From an uncultured Chloroflexia bacterium (lineage in GTDB: Bacteria > Chloroflexota > Dehalococcoidia > DSTF01 > JALHUB01), in contig OY970386.1 in NCBI GenBank assembly GCA_963719465.1, forward strand, positions 1,590,582 through 1,654,581: DNA of 64,000 bases. The letters run 5' to 3'. The first letter of the stretch is position 1, and each line of letters starts with the position of its first letter. The notes under the pieces are model-generated. The model was not told the origin of the DNA and did no database searches. It was given only the letters and a program-made list of their open reading frames with translations. The translations under genes and the position numbers were made by a program. Positions 20,869-30,281 of this stretch are shown one piece after another.

Positions 20869-22773
20869 CTACGGTTGAGCAGTCAGCGAGTACAGGTAGT
20901 GCGCTTCCTCCGTCGTTCCCTGGCTCTCAGCGGCGATGACGACGACGTACTTCGTGGGCCCCTCCGACGAGCCGGTGAGCTGGATGCTGGCGCTGTTCGA
21001 AGGGCTGAGCTGGACCCGCTGCGCCGCGGTGCCGGCGGTGACGTTCAGCAGGTCCACCGCGAACTGCTGGGGCTCCGGCGCGTCGATGCGCTGGAAGCCG
21101 TTGGCCTGCCAGTCCCCGTCGGTCTCCGCGTCGTCGGACCAGCCAATCTCGGGGACGCTGATGTCGTCGATGCCCCAGCCCTGGCCGCTGACGCCGCCGT
21201 CGGTCACGTACTCGAAGCGCAGGAGCACCTTCTTGCCGGCGTACGGCGTCAGGTCAATCGATTCCGGCGCCCATTGAGGCGACTGGCCGCCGCCGCTGTC
21301 GCCGCTGTAGCCGGGGCCGTACGCCTGCTCCACCGGGTCCTGGTTGGTGGTCTGTTTGCCGCTGAGCGCCTTCCAAGTGGCGCCGCCGTCCGTCGAGACC
21401 TCGACGTAGCCGAAATCGTACCAGTGCTCGATGTCGAACCAGGTCCAGAAGTCGAGCGTGGCCCCGGTCGCCGAGGTCAAGTCGAGCTCGCGCGTGAGCG
21501 TCGTGTCGATGTCGTCGCCGCGGCCCGACCACCACTGTCCAGTGCCGCTGTGCGCTGCGTTCGATACCAGGGGCACGGTCTGGGTGCCGGCGAAGGTGAA
21601 CGTCCCCGATTGCCCCGGCAGGTCGATCTCGATGTAGTTGGCGGCGAACTGCTTCAACGTCCCGTCGCCGCTATTCGGCCCGTCGAGGGTTGTCGTCGTG
21701 GCGGCGCGCTGGTCGGCGTTCAGGTAGCCCGACGGCCCGCCGGTGTAGTTGGCGACGGCCCAGTCGGCGAAGATATCGTTGAAGTCCGGCTCGCCGCGCT
21801 TTTGCAGGAAGTCTTCGATGCCGCTGATCCCTTTGCTCGACTCGAAAACGATGTCGTGCAAGCTGCTGTCGCCGCCGCTGAACAACGATAGGTAGCGGAA
21901 GAAAAGGCCGGCGGCGCCGTAGTGGGCGTAGTTGTCGCCGTTGAGGTTCCAGACGTTGAGCTGGGTGTCCGGCTGCGTGAGAAACGCGTCGCGAAAGTCG
22001 TCGGATTGGCCGGCGAGGTTGCCGGAGACGACGGATATGCCCTCGTTGACCCAGACGTCCTCTCGCGGGTTGCCGTTGAAGTGAATGAGGTGCTGCAGCT
22101 CATGGGCGATGACCGAGGTGTAGGCATCGCTGCCTATTTTCAGCGACAGGTCCATGTAGAGCATCTCGCGCTCGTTGCTGACGGGAGCCAGCGCCTTCGG
22201 GTACTCGTCCAGGTCGGAGAAGTAGCCGGACGCGCCCTGGAGCTGACCGTTGAAGACGGTGATGTGGGTGTCGTTGTCAATGCCGGGGCTGAGCTCTGTG
22301 CCGAAGGTGCTGGTCACCACCGGATAGACTTCGTTTTCGAACCGTTGCCCGGCCGTATTCACGTCGTCCGAAGATACCGACTGCCCGTCCTGGACGTAGA
22401 AGTAAGCGTGAGCGGTGACGAGCTGCAGCGTCGCAGGGACTTGGACGACTTGCGGCGGCTGGTCGCCGGCCGTTCCCGGCTGCGCCATGAGGACCAGGTT
22501 GAAAGTCCGCTTATCGCCGACGCTCAGGCTCTGTGGCTGCGGGTTGACCGGATTGGCGGGCGGAGTCTGGATGCCTTTGAGCCGCTCCGCCAGGTCGAGC
22601 AGGTCGCGGGAAGGGAGGCTGTCGGTCTCGGGCGTGGGTCCGGCCGTCGCTGTGCCGGTGGCGACGACGGTAGCGGTTGTTGGAGAAGGCGTGGGCGCGC
22701 CGCTCCCGCCGCGGCAGGCAACGGCAACCGTGGCGCCGAGAAGCGCCAGCCCCAAGAGCGCGGCGGGACGCAT
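20869..22773 (-). CDS. Secreted zinc metalloprotease lipoprotein (immune inhibitor A/M6-like C-terminal domain)
   Basis: Lipobox VAVAC; AHELQHLIH...WVNEGIS; WFDIEHWYDFGYVEVSTDGG, LRFEYVTD, GWGIDDI. Start inferred. Confidence 0.82.
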   Translation of the reverse strand: MRPAALLGLALLGATVAVACRGGSGAPTPSPTTATVVATGTATAGPTPETDSLPSRDLLDLAERLKGIQTPPANPVNPQPQSLSVGDKRTFNLVLMAQPGTAGDQPPQVVQVPATLQLVTAHAYFYVQDGQSVSSDDVNTAGQRFENEVYPVVTSTFGTELSPGIDNDTHITVFNGQLQGASGYFSDLDEYPKALAPVSNEREMLYMDLSLKIGSDAYTSVIAHELQHLIHFNGNPREDVWVNEGISVVSGNLAGQSDDFRDAFLTQPDTQLNVWNLNGDNYAHYGAAGLFFRYLSLFSGGDSSLHDIVFESSKGISGIEDFLQKRGEPDFNDIFADWAVANYTGGPSGYLNADQRAATTTTLDGPNSGDGTLKQFAANYIEIDLPGQSGTFTFAGTQTVPLVSNAAHSGTGQWWSGRGDDIDTTLTRELDLTSATGATLDFWTWFDIEHWYDFGYVEVSTDGGATWKALSGKQTTNQDPVEQAYGPGYSGDSGGGQSPQWAPESIDLTPYAGKKVLLRFEYVTDGGVSGQGWGIDDISVPEIGWSDDAETDGDWQANGFQRIDAPEPQQFAVDLLNVTAGTAAQRVQLSPSNSASIQLTGSSEGPTKYVVVIAAESQGTTEEAHYLYSLTAQP

Positions 22774-22810
22774 CGCCCGGCGGGCACTTGCTGTCAGCTT
22801 GAGACGGACG

Positions 22811-23722
22811 TCACTTCGCTCGGGGGTGAGCTTTCTCGTAGACTTGGCGCACCATGTCGTCGGAGAGCTTCGTGTAGACCTGCGTCGTCGACATATTTGC
22901 ATGCCCCAGAAGCTCCTGGACGTTACGTAGAGGCGCACCGCCCCTCAGCATATGAGTGGCGAAGCTGTGGCGCAAGGTGTGGGGCGTAACCGCCTTGCCG
23001 ATGGCGGCTTTTTTCGCGTAGCCTTTCAGTATCAGCCAGAAGCCCTGGCGCGTGAGGCGATCGCCACGCCGGTTCAGGAAGAGCGCCGGCTCCTGCGACT
23101 CCCGCGCCAGCCGCGGCCGCGCATCATCCAGATACTCCTCGACGGCCTCGAGCGCGTCCTTGTGGATGGGAATCGTGCGTTCTTTCGACCCTTTCCCTAT
23201 GCAGCGGACGTGAGGGGCGTCTGAGTTTGTGTGAACGCTGGTCATGTTCAGCGACACCAGCTCGGTGACGCGCATGCCCGTAGCGTAGAGAAGCTCGAGC
23301 ATCGCCTTGTCGCGCTTCGCCTCCGGCGTTGCCATGCGGGCGGGTTGTTCGAGCAGTTCGTCGACCTCTTTGATGGAGAGCGGTTTTGGCAGCGACTTGG
23401 GAACGCGGAAGCCGACGTTCTCGGTCGGATTCTGCTTGACGACGCCCTCAACCTGGTGGAGATATGCGAAGAACGCCTTGATCGCCGCTATCTTGCGGGC
23501 GACGGTCGCCTCGGCGTACTGGCGACGCTTGAGGTCGGAGATGTAGTCGACGACGGCGGCGCGGTTGACGCCGCTCCAGAGAGGATCGCCGTTGCCGTTA
23601 CGGGAGGCGGAAAGGTAGCTGCGGAACTGAGTCAGGTCAATGCTGTAAGCAGCGATTGTGTTGGCGGAGGAACCCTTTTCGACCGATAGGTAGTGAAGGA
23701 ACTGACCAACCTGGTCGTCCAT
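22811..23722 (-). CDS. xerD: Tyrosine recombinase XerD
   Basis: LYATGMRVTEL, GKGSKER, LTRQGFW, PHTLRHSFATH, LGH...TTQVY, HPRA. Confidence 0.88.
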   Translation of the reverse strand: MDDQVGQFLHYLSVEKGSSANTIAAYSIDLTQFRSYLSASRNGNGDPLWSGVNRAAVVDYISDLKRRQYAEATVARKIAAIKAFFAYLHQVEGVVKQNPTENVGFRVPKSLPKPLSIKEVDELLEQPARMATPEAKRDKAMLELLYATGMRVTELVSLNMTSVHTNSDAPHVRCIGKGSKERTIPIHKDALEAVEEYLDDARPRLARESQEPALFLNRRGDRLTRQGFWLILKGYAKKAAIGKAVTPHTLRHSFATHMLRGGAPLRNVQELLGHANMSTTQVYTKLSDDMVRQVYEKAHPRAK

Positions 23723-23913
23723 GACCTCACCTCGCCTTTGCCTTGCTTGAGTGGTCGGGGAAAAGCGACCTAATTCTACCACAACGCCCACTATTGTCCA
23801 TGGCGGCGCCTAGAGAATTATGGGCATTTTTTCCCGCAGGGCGGCGGCTCCATGGCCGGGTCCGACGGGCCCGCTGACAAGGACGGACAGGAAACCGAAG
23901 CCGGAGGCCGGAT

Positions 23914-24573
23914 TCAGCGTGAGGGCGCCTCTTCTTCCGGCCAGGCTTCCTCGCCGATGAGCGGCACGAAGCGACAGGGCCCATGCCGTCGCACCCGGAA
24001 GCCCTCCGGCTGGCGCGTCACCGACAGGAGTTGCTGCATCTGCCGCCGTCCGACGGGGATGACGAGTCGGCCGCCGACGGCAAGCTGCTCGACCAGCGGA
24101 CGCGGGATGCGCGGCGCCCCGGCCGTCACCAGGATCCCGTCGTAGGGCGCTTCCTCCGGCCAGCCCAGCGCTCCGCTCGCCACTCGCACTTCGACGTTTG
24201 TATAGCCGAGGCGCTGCAATCGCGCCGACGCGGTTTCGGCCAGCTCCGGCACCCGCTCCACCGTTAGTACCCGTGAAGCGAGCTCGGCCAGGAGTGCGGC
24301 CTGGTAGCCGGAGCCCGTGCCCACCTCGAGCACGTTCTCGCCGCCTTTGAGGCGAAGGAGCTCTGTCATCATCGCCACCATCAGCGGCTGCGAGATCGTC
24401 TGGCCGTAGCCTATGGGTATGGGCCGGTCTTGATAGGCGAACTGGTGGTATTCGGGAGGGACGAACTCCTCGCGAGGGACGCGCGCCATGGCGCGCAGAA
24501 CGCGCTCGTCGCCGATTCCCGATTGGAAACCTTCGACCATGACGAGTCGAGCGTCCGAGAAGTCGATCTCCAC
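23914..24573 (-). CDS. pcm: Protein-L-isoaspartate O-methyltransferase
   Basis: VPREEFVP, GQTISQP, VLEVGTGSGYQAA, APYDGILVTA, FVPLIG. Confidence 0.95.
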   Translation of the reverse strand: MEIDFSDARLVMVEGFQSGIGDERVLRAMARVPREEFVPPEYHQFAYQDRPIPIGYGQTISQPLMVAMMTELLRLKGGENVLEVGTGSGYQAALLAELASRVLTVERVPELAETASARLQRLGYTNVEVRVASGALGWPEEAPYDGILVTAGAPRIPRPLVEQLAVGGRLVIPVGRRQMQQLLSVTRQPEGFRVRRHGPCRFVPLIGEEAWPEEEAPSR

Positions 24574-24691
24574 TTTCGCCCTCCGGTCGACTCTATTCCC
24601 GCTCTTCCCTTACGATAGCACAAGCTCAAGCGTGTTCGAACGGCGGCCGATGATATAATGCAGGCTCGGTCGCGGGACGACGCTGGAGCGA

Positions 24692-25498
24692 GTGGACGAA
24701 ATGCCTTCACATTACGATGTCGGGACGTCCGGCTGGGTGTACAAGCATTGGCGGGGCCCATTCTATCCGCCGGACCTGCCCACCCGCTACTGGTTCGACT
24801 TTTACAGCCGACAGTTCTCAACCGTCGAAATAAACAGTAGCTTTTACCGTCTGCCTTCGGAAGACACGTGGCGAAAGTGGGGCAAGTCGGCGCGACGCGG
24901 CTTCCAGTTCGCTGTCAAGGCCAGTCGCTACATGACCCACGTGAAGCGGCTGAAGGACTGCGAGGAGCCGCTGCAGACCTTCCTCGGGCGCGCCAGGCTG
25001 CTCGGTCAGGCGTTGGGGCCGGTGCTCTACCAGCTTCCGCCCAACTTCCAGTACAAGCCGGAGAACGTCGAACGTCTGACGGCTTTCTTATCGCTCTTGC
25101 CGGGAGACATTCGCCACGTCTTCGAGTTCCGCCACGATTCGTGGTTCAACCCCAATCTGTTCTCGTTGCTGCGCATTCACAACGTCGGCTTTTGCGCCTT
25201 CCACATGGCCGGCTGGGAGTCGCCCCTGGAGGCAACGACGGATTTCGCCTACCTTCGCTTCCACGGCGCCGACAGCGTCTACGGCGGCTCATATCCGAAC
25301 GGCGACCTGGCGATCTGGGCGGGACGCCTGCGCGACCTGCCGGAGGACGTGCGCGAGGTGTTCGTGTACTTCAACAACGACGCCAACGCCTATGCCGCCC
25401 AGAACGCGAAGACGTTGCTGGAGTATGTGACGCCGTTTGCGATCCGAGAGGAGCCCGACGAGGAGGAGGACGACGAGGAGGAGGCGATCAACAGCTAG
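24692..25498 (+). CDS. DUF72 family protein
   Basis: VGTSGW, VEINSSFYRLP, QLPP, EFRH, YLRFHG, YFNND. Confidence 0.9.
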   Translation: MDEMPSHYDVGTSGWVYKHWRGPFYPPDLPTRYWFDFYSRQFSTVEINSSFYRLPSEDTWRKWGKSARRGFQFAVKASRYMTHVKRLKDCEEPLQTFLGRARLLGQALGPVLYQLPPNFQYKPENVERLTAFLSLLPGDIRHVFEFRHDSWFNPNLFSLLRIHNVGFCAFHMAGWESPLEATTDFAYLRFHGADSVYGGSYPNGDLAIWAGRLRDLPEDVREVFVYFNNDANAYAAQNAKTLLEYVTPFAIREEPDEEEDDEEEAINS

Positions 25499-25556
25499 AG
25501 AGGCTCTTCGCTCCGAGAGGCGTTTACGCGGCCCCGGCCTTTAGGCTGGGGCATGA

Positions 25557-25690
25557 TTGTGCGCGAGGCCGCCGAAGGCGGACTCGCGCCCGAACCCACG
25601 CTGCTACGAGCAACCCGCCGTCATGTTGCGTCGACTGTCCATGTCGCCTTCGGAGCGGCAGCGGCAGGCGCGCTGGTCGCGCTCTTGCCT
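25557..25690 (-). repeat. Dispersed intergenic repeat, copy D (reverse orientation)
   Basis: Minus strand GAGCGCGACCAGCGCGCCTGCCGCTGCCGCTCCGAAGGCGACATGGACAGTCGACGCAACAT...GCAGCGTGGGTTCGGGCGCG-hairpin-CGCGCA. Confidence 0.65.
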
Positions 25691-25698
25691 GCCTGCCG

Positions 25699-25725
25699 GC
25701 GTGCGTGCGTGCGTGCGTGCGTGCG
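25699..25725. repeat. (GCGT)6 microsatellite
   Basis: GCGT six times, preceded by GCCT repeats. Confidence 0.9.
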
Positions 25726-25792
25726 CTGCGCCCCTCTGGGCTCCTCGCGGAGCCGGCCCGTCTGGGCTCGTCGCGCCGCCGATACAAGGAGA

Positions 25793-27646
25793 CTACAGAT
25801 ACTCCTTCACCCGCTGCGCGAGCGACCGCGTGAACCCGACAGTCGACGCAATCTCGTCGACGCCCGCCTCCCGTATCTCCCGCACCGAGCCGAACTTTCG
25901 CAAGAGCGCCCGCTTTCGCTTCGGTCCGATCCCCGGTATCGCGTCCAGCGCCGAGCGCGTCCCGGCCTTCTGTCGCACGCTACGATGGTACGTGACCGCG
26001 AATCGATGCGCCTCGTCGCGGACGCGTTGCAGCAGGTAGAGCGCCTGCGAAGTGCGCGGCAGCACAATCGGCTCCGAGAAGTCTTTGACGTACAGCTCCT
26101 CTTCCTGCTTCGCCAGCCCGGCTGCGGGAATCTGCGGCGCGCCCGCTTCGCGCAGCACGTCGAGCGCCACGTTCAGCTGCGGCTTGCCGCCGTCGACGAT
26201 CAGCAAATCGGGAAGCGCGCCCCAGCCTTCCGCCTGCGCTGCGTCCTGCGCCTCCACCGCCTGCGCCGCCCGCTTGAAGCGACGGCGTAGCACCTCCGCC
26301 ATCATCGCTACGTCGTTCGCCCCTTCGACGGTCTTGATCCGGAAGCGACGGTACTCCGCCCGCCGCGGCCGCCCGCCGATGAACACCACCATGCTGCCGA
26401 CCGGGTGCGCACCCATAATGTCGGAGATGTCGTAGCATTCGATGCGATTGGGTAGCGCCGGCAGGTCCAACTCCTCCTGAAGCTCCTCCAGCGCCTGCCG
26501 CGTCTTACCGGTGTCCGTCAGCCAGCGCAATCGCGCCACGTCCATCGCCTCGCGGGCGTTGTCCGTCGCCATGGCGACCAGACGGCGCTTGTTGCCGCGC
26601 CGTGGCGTCACGAGCCGCACGCGGCCACCGCGTCGCTCCGACAGCCAGTCCTCGATCTCCGATTCCTCCGGTATCGCCAGCGGCAGCAAGACCGTGCGCG
26701 GGACGTACGTGGCCGACTCGTAGAACTGCTTCAAGAAGCCGTTCATCACCTCCGCGTCGGGCTCGCCCTTGGCGCCGTCGAGCGGGAAGTGGTCGCCGCC
26801 AATCATCTTCGTGCCGCGAACGAACAGCACCTGCACCTCCGCCTCGCCGTCCGAGCGCGCCAGCCCGAAGACATCCTCGTCGGTCGGCCGCGCGTACGCC
26901 GTCACCTGCCGCTCCGACACGTTCTCGATGGCGCGGATCTGGTCGCGGAGGATCGCCGCCCGCTCGTACTGCATGTTCCGCGACGCCTCGTCCATCTGGG
27001 TTCGCAACGCCCGCAGCACGTTCTCGGTGCGGCCTTCCAGGAAGAGGATGACCTGGCGGATCACCTCGTCGTACTCCGCTTCCGTGCAGGCGCCGGAGCA
27101 CGGTGCGATGCAGCGCCCGATGAAGAAGTCCAGGCACGGCCGCGGCCGGTCGCCGGTCACCTCTTCGGTGCAGGGGCGCCAGGGAAAGAGGCGCTTGACC
27201 ACGTCGAGAGTGCGACGCACCGAGCTGGCGCTGGCGTAGGGCCCGAAGTAGCGCGCGCCGTCGTTCTCGATCCGACGCGTGATCTCGACGCGCGGCCACT
27301 TGTTCTGCACGTCGATCTTGAGGTAGGGGTAGTGCTTGTCGTCCTTCAGCCGCACGTTGAAGACGGGCTGATGCCGTTTGACGAGCGTCGCCTCCAGGTG
27401 GAGCGCTTCCTGCGCCGTGTTGGTGACAATGTAGTCGAAGTCGGCGATGCTCGACGCCAGCGCCCGCACCTTCGGCTCCATGCTCCGCGGCGAGCCGAAG
27501 TAGGAGCGGACGCGGTTTCGCAGCGCCGCCGCCTTGCCGACGTAGATGACGCGACCTTCTTCGTTGCGGAAGATGTAAACGCCGGGCTTGTTCGGCAGGG
27601 CGCCGACGCGTTCGAGGAGAGGCTGCTTCGTAGCGATCATTTGCAC
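25793..27646 (-). CDS. uvrC: Excinuclease ABC subunit C
   Basis: GIY-YIG (PGVY, IYVGKA), YFGPY, RIECYDIS, RDEAHRFA, HhH IPGIGPK. Confidence 0.98.
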   Translation of the reverse strand: MQMIATKQPLLERVGALPNKPGVYIFRNEEGRVIYVGKAAALRNRVRSYFGSPRSMEPKVRALASSIADFDYIVTNTAQEALHLEATLVKRHQPVFNVRLKDDKHYPYLKIDVQNKWPRVEITRRIENDGARYFGPYASASSVRRTLDVVKRLFPWRPCTEEVTGDRPRPCLDFFIGRCIAPCSGACTEAEYDEVIRQVILFLEGRTENVLRALRTQMDEASRNMQYERAAILRDQIRAIENVSERQVTAYARPTDEDVFGLARSDGEAEVQVLFVRGTKMIGGDHFPLDGAKGEPDAEVMNGFLKQFYESATYVPRTVLLPLAIPEESEIEDWLSERRGGRVRLVTPRRGNKRRLVAMATDNAREAMDVARLRWLTDTGKTRQALEELQEELDLPALPNRIECYDISDIMGAHPVGSMVVFIGGRPRRAEYRRFRIKTVEGANDVAMMAEVLRRRFKRAAQAVEAQDAAQAEGWGALPDLLIVDGGKPQLNVALDVLREAGAPQIPAAGLAKQEEELYVKDFSEPIVLPRTSQALYLLQRVRDEAHRFAVTYHRSVRQKAGTRSALDAIPGIGPKRKRALLRKFGSVREIREAGVDEIASTVGFTRSLAQRVKEYL

Positions 27647-27771
27647 ACCTATTGTAGGCCCGCGAAAGTCGGCCCCTCAAGCTGGAACGACCGCGAGATG
27701 CGCTTGTCAGGCCGCTGGTTTCGACGGTAGGATGAGTCTATAGACCATCTTCGAGCCAAGGAGGGTTCAGG

Positions 27772-28188
27772 ATGAAGCTCATCAACGACTTCAAGGCGTT
27801 CTTGCTCAGGGGAAACGTAGTCGACCTCGCTATTGCCGTCGTCATTGGCGCGGCCTTCGGCGCTGTGGTTACGGCGCTGGTCGCCGATTTCATCACGCCG
27901 CTGATTGCGGCAATCGGTGGTCAGCAGGACTTCTCGGCGCTCAAGTTCACGATCCACAACAGCACGTTTCTGTATGGGGATTTCATCAACAAAGTGCTGG
28001 CCTTCGTGATAATTGCGGCGGTTGTGTTCTTCCTGATCGTCGTGCCGCTAAACGCCTACCTGGCGCGCTCGCGGAAAGAGCCGCCGCCGGACCCGACCGT
28101 CCGCAAGTGCCCGGAATGCTTGAGCGATATACCGGCGGAAGCGCATCGCTGCGCCTACTGCACGTCTGAGGTGACGCCGACGGCCTGA
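27772..28188 (+). CDS. mscL: Large-conductance mechanosensitive channel with C-terminal zinc ribbon
   Basis: FKAFLLRGNVVDLAIAVVIGAAF, YGDFIN; C-terminal CPEC...CAYC. Confidence 0.95.
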   Translation: MKLINDFKAFLLRGNVVDLAIAVVIGAAFGAVVTALVADFITPLIAAIGGQQDFSALKFTIHNSTFLYGDFINKVLAFVIIAAVVFFLIVVPLNAYLARSRKEPPPDPTVRKCPECLSDIPAEAHRCAYCTSEVTPTA

Positions 28189-28198
28189 CGGCGCAGGT

Positions 28199-28228
28199 TT
28201 GACACCCTCAGAAAGCCTTTGCTATCAT
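28199..28228 (+). promoter_or_regulatory. Promoter of tRNA-Met
   Basis: TTGACA-N18-TATCAT with TG extension. Confidence 0.55.
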
Positions 28229-28275
28229 CGATTCGCCGCTAGCGTACTCGTTGGCAGCGCACTTGCCGAAAACGT

Positions 28276-28351
28276 GGCAGCGTAGCTCAGTCGGTAGAGC
28301 AGGGGACTCATAAGCCCTTGGTCGGGGGTTCAAATCCCTCCGCTGCCACCA
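28276..28351 (+). tRNA. tRNA with CAT anticodon (elongator Met likely; Ile2 not excluded)
   Basis: Acceptor GGCAGCG/CGCTGCC, loop CT-CAT-AA, GGTTCAAATCC, encoded CCA. Confidence 0.93.
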
Positions 28352-28432
28352 ATCTGCTTCTCCCGCCGCCCCGGACTGAACTCCCGGAGCCAGCAGCCTT
28401 TTCACGGACAATCGTGCTAGTATAGGCGACAC

Positions 28433-29650
28433 ATGGACAGAGAAGCCGTCGAACGGGCAAAACAGCATTTCGCCGCTCTTGTGGAGGAGCAGCTCACGCG
28501 CGTCGACCACATGAAGGCCGACAACGGCTGGGCCGACTACTCGACGCTGCGACCCCTCGTCATCGGCGTCTGCGGCGGCGACGGCATCGGGCCCTACATC
28601 TCGCGCGAGTCGCAGCGCGTGCTCGAGTTCCTTCTCGCGCCCGAGGTCGAGCGCGGCGACGTGGTCTTCAAGACTATCGATGGCCTCACCATCGAAAACC
28701 GCGCCGCGCAGATGAAGGCCATCCCCGACGACGTGCTCGACGAGCTCAAGCAGTGCCACGTCATCCTCAAGGGGCCGACGACGACGCCTCGCGCCGGCGA
28801 CCCCTGGCCCAATATCGAGAGCGCCAACGTCGCCATGCGCCGCGCGCTCGACCTCTTCGCCAACGTCCGCCCGGTCAAGATACCGGCGCAGGGCATCGAC
28901 TGGACGTTCTTCCGCGAGAACACCGAAGGCGCCTACGTCATGGGCAGCCGCGGCATCCACGTCACGGAAGACCTGGCGTTCGACTTCACGGCCGTCACCA
29001 GCCAGGGCAGCGAGCGCATCATCGAGATGGCCTTTGACTACGCCCGCAGGCACGACAAGAAGCGGGTCACCGTCGTCACCAAGGCCAACGTCATCAAGAC
29101 CACCGACGGCAAGTTTCTGGAGACGGCCAGGAGCATAGCTGCGCGCTACCCGGAGATCGAGTGGGACGACTGGTATATTGACATAATTCCGGCCAAGCTC
29201 GTCGACCCGAAGCGGCGGTCCCATTTCCGCGTCGTCGTGCTGCCGAACCTCTACGGCGATATCCTCACCGACGAGGCCGCGGAGCTGCAGGGCGGCGTCG
29301 GGACCGCCGGTAGCGCCAACATCGGCCGCCACTACGCGATGTTCGAGGCGATCCATGGCAGCGCGCCGCGCATGGTCGAAGAAGGGCGCGTGGAATATGC
29401 CGACCCCAGCGGTCTAATCCGCGCCGGCGCTATGCTTCTGAACCACATCGGTTTCGCCGACCGCGGCCGCCGCCTGGAGATGGCCCTTGAGATCTGCGAC
29501 ACGTTTGAGAAGAAGATGGTCGTCACCGGACGGCCCACAGGCTTCAAGGGCTCCGAGTTTGCCGACTACCTCCTCGCGACGCTGAAGGACCCGCATCTGG
29601 AGGAACGCTGGCGCGACTACCAGGCCACGCAGCCGGCCGTTCAGCCTTAG
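28433..29650 (+). CDS. Isocitrate/isopropylmalate dehydrogenase family protein
   Basis: GDGIGP, LKGPTTTP, FRENTEG, TKANVIK, NLYGDILTDEAA, MFEAIHGSAP. Confidence 0.93.
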   Translation: MDREAVERAKQHFAALVEEQLTRVDHMKADNGWADYSTLRPLVIGVCGGDGIGPYISRESQRVLEFLLAPEVERGDVVFKTIDGLTIENRAAQMKAIPDDVLDELKQCHVILKGPTTTPRAGDPWPNIESANVAMRRALDLFANVRPVKIPAQGIDWTFFRENTEGAYVMGSRGIHVTEDLAFDFTAVTSQGSERIIEMAFDYARRHDKKRVTVVTKANVIKTTDGKFLETARSIAARYPEIEWDDWYIDIIPAKLVDPKRRSHFRVVVLPNLYGDILTDEAAELQGGVGTAGSANIGRHYAMFEAIHGSAPRMVEEGRVEYADPSGLIRAGAMLLNHIGFADRGRRLEMALEICDTFEKKMVVTGRPTGFKGSEFADYLLATLKDPHLEERWRDYQATQPAVQP

Positions 29651-29714
29651 CCCGAGCAGTCCTGAGTGGCACCTTCCGCCGCTCGCTGCGAATCTCGTCA
29701 TCGAGGCTTTTTGG

Positions 29715-29744
29715 TTGACAGCCCATCTCCTCGTTGGATAGAAT
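29715..29744 (+). promoter_or_regulatory. Promoter of the tRNA cluster
   Basis: TTGACA-N18-TAGAAT, 13 bp before tRNA-Val. Confidence 0.65.
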
Positions 29745-29757
29745 CGTGAGCGGGAAG

Positions 29758-29834
29758 GGGCGGTTAGCTCAGTTGGTACGAGCGCTTCCTTCACACGGAA
29801 GAGGTCACAGGTTCGAGCCCTGTACCGCCCACCA
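29758..29834 (+). tRNA. tRNA-Val (CAC)
   Basis: GGGCGGT/ACCGCCC acceptor, CTTCC-TT-CAC-AC-GGAAG, GGTTCGAGCCC, CCA. Confidence 0.95.
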
Positions 29835-29842
29835 CGTCGCTT

Positions 29843-29928
29843 GCCGAAGTGGCGGAATGGCAGACGCGCTACGTTCAGGGCGTAGTGTCCGCAAGGGCGT
29901 GTGGGTTCAAATCCCACCTTCGGCACCA
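29843..29928 (+). tRNA. tRNA-Leu (CAG)
   Basis: GCCGAAG/CTTCGGC acceptor, CTACG-TT-CAG-GG-CGTAG, long variable arm, CCA. Confidence 0.95.
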
Positions 29929-29969
29929 ACGAAAAGCGAACCGAGACGGAGCGTCGGTGCGTTGATTGG

Positions 29970-30046
29970 GCGCTCGTAGCTCAGCTGGATAGAGCGCAGC
30001 CCTGCGGAGGCTGAGGCCGTGGGTTCGAATCCCGCCGGGCGCACCA
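29970..30046 (+). tRNA. tRNA-Arg (GCG)
   Basis: GCGCTCG/CGGGCGC acceptor, CAGCC-CT-GCG-GA-GGCTG, GGTTCGAATCC, CCA. Confidence 0.93.
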
Positions 30047-30189
30047 TCACTCGATAGAGCGGTCTCCTGAGGCGACAGGCCGCGGGTTCCCGTCCGGGCC
30101 CGTCTGGGCGAATCCCGCCGGGCGCACCATCAATCGACAGAGCGGTCTCCTGAGGCGACAGGCCGTGGGTTCGGCCGGATGGCGCATCA
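30047..30189 (+). repeat. Two tandem tRNA-Arg-derived repeats (83-bp period)
   Basis: GAYAGAGCGGTCTCCTGAGGCGACAGGCCGYGGGTTC at 30053 and 30136; CGAATCCCGCCGGGCGCACCATCA at 30026 and 30109. Confidence 0.85.
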
Positions 30190-30281
30190 TTCCTCCATCC
30201 CGCTACCGCCTCGCGTCTTCATTGTCCCTCGCATTCGGCCGATGTATAATCGCAACAGAAGTCGATCACGGTGAACGGACT

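Noticed and set aside
22811-23722. Integrase of a prophage or island
   Set aside because: XerD signatures (LTRQGFW, HPRA), housekeeping neighbours, and no phage genes or att repeats.
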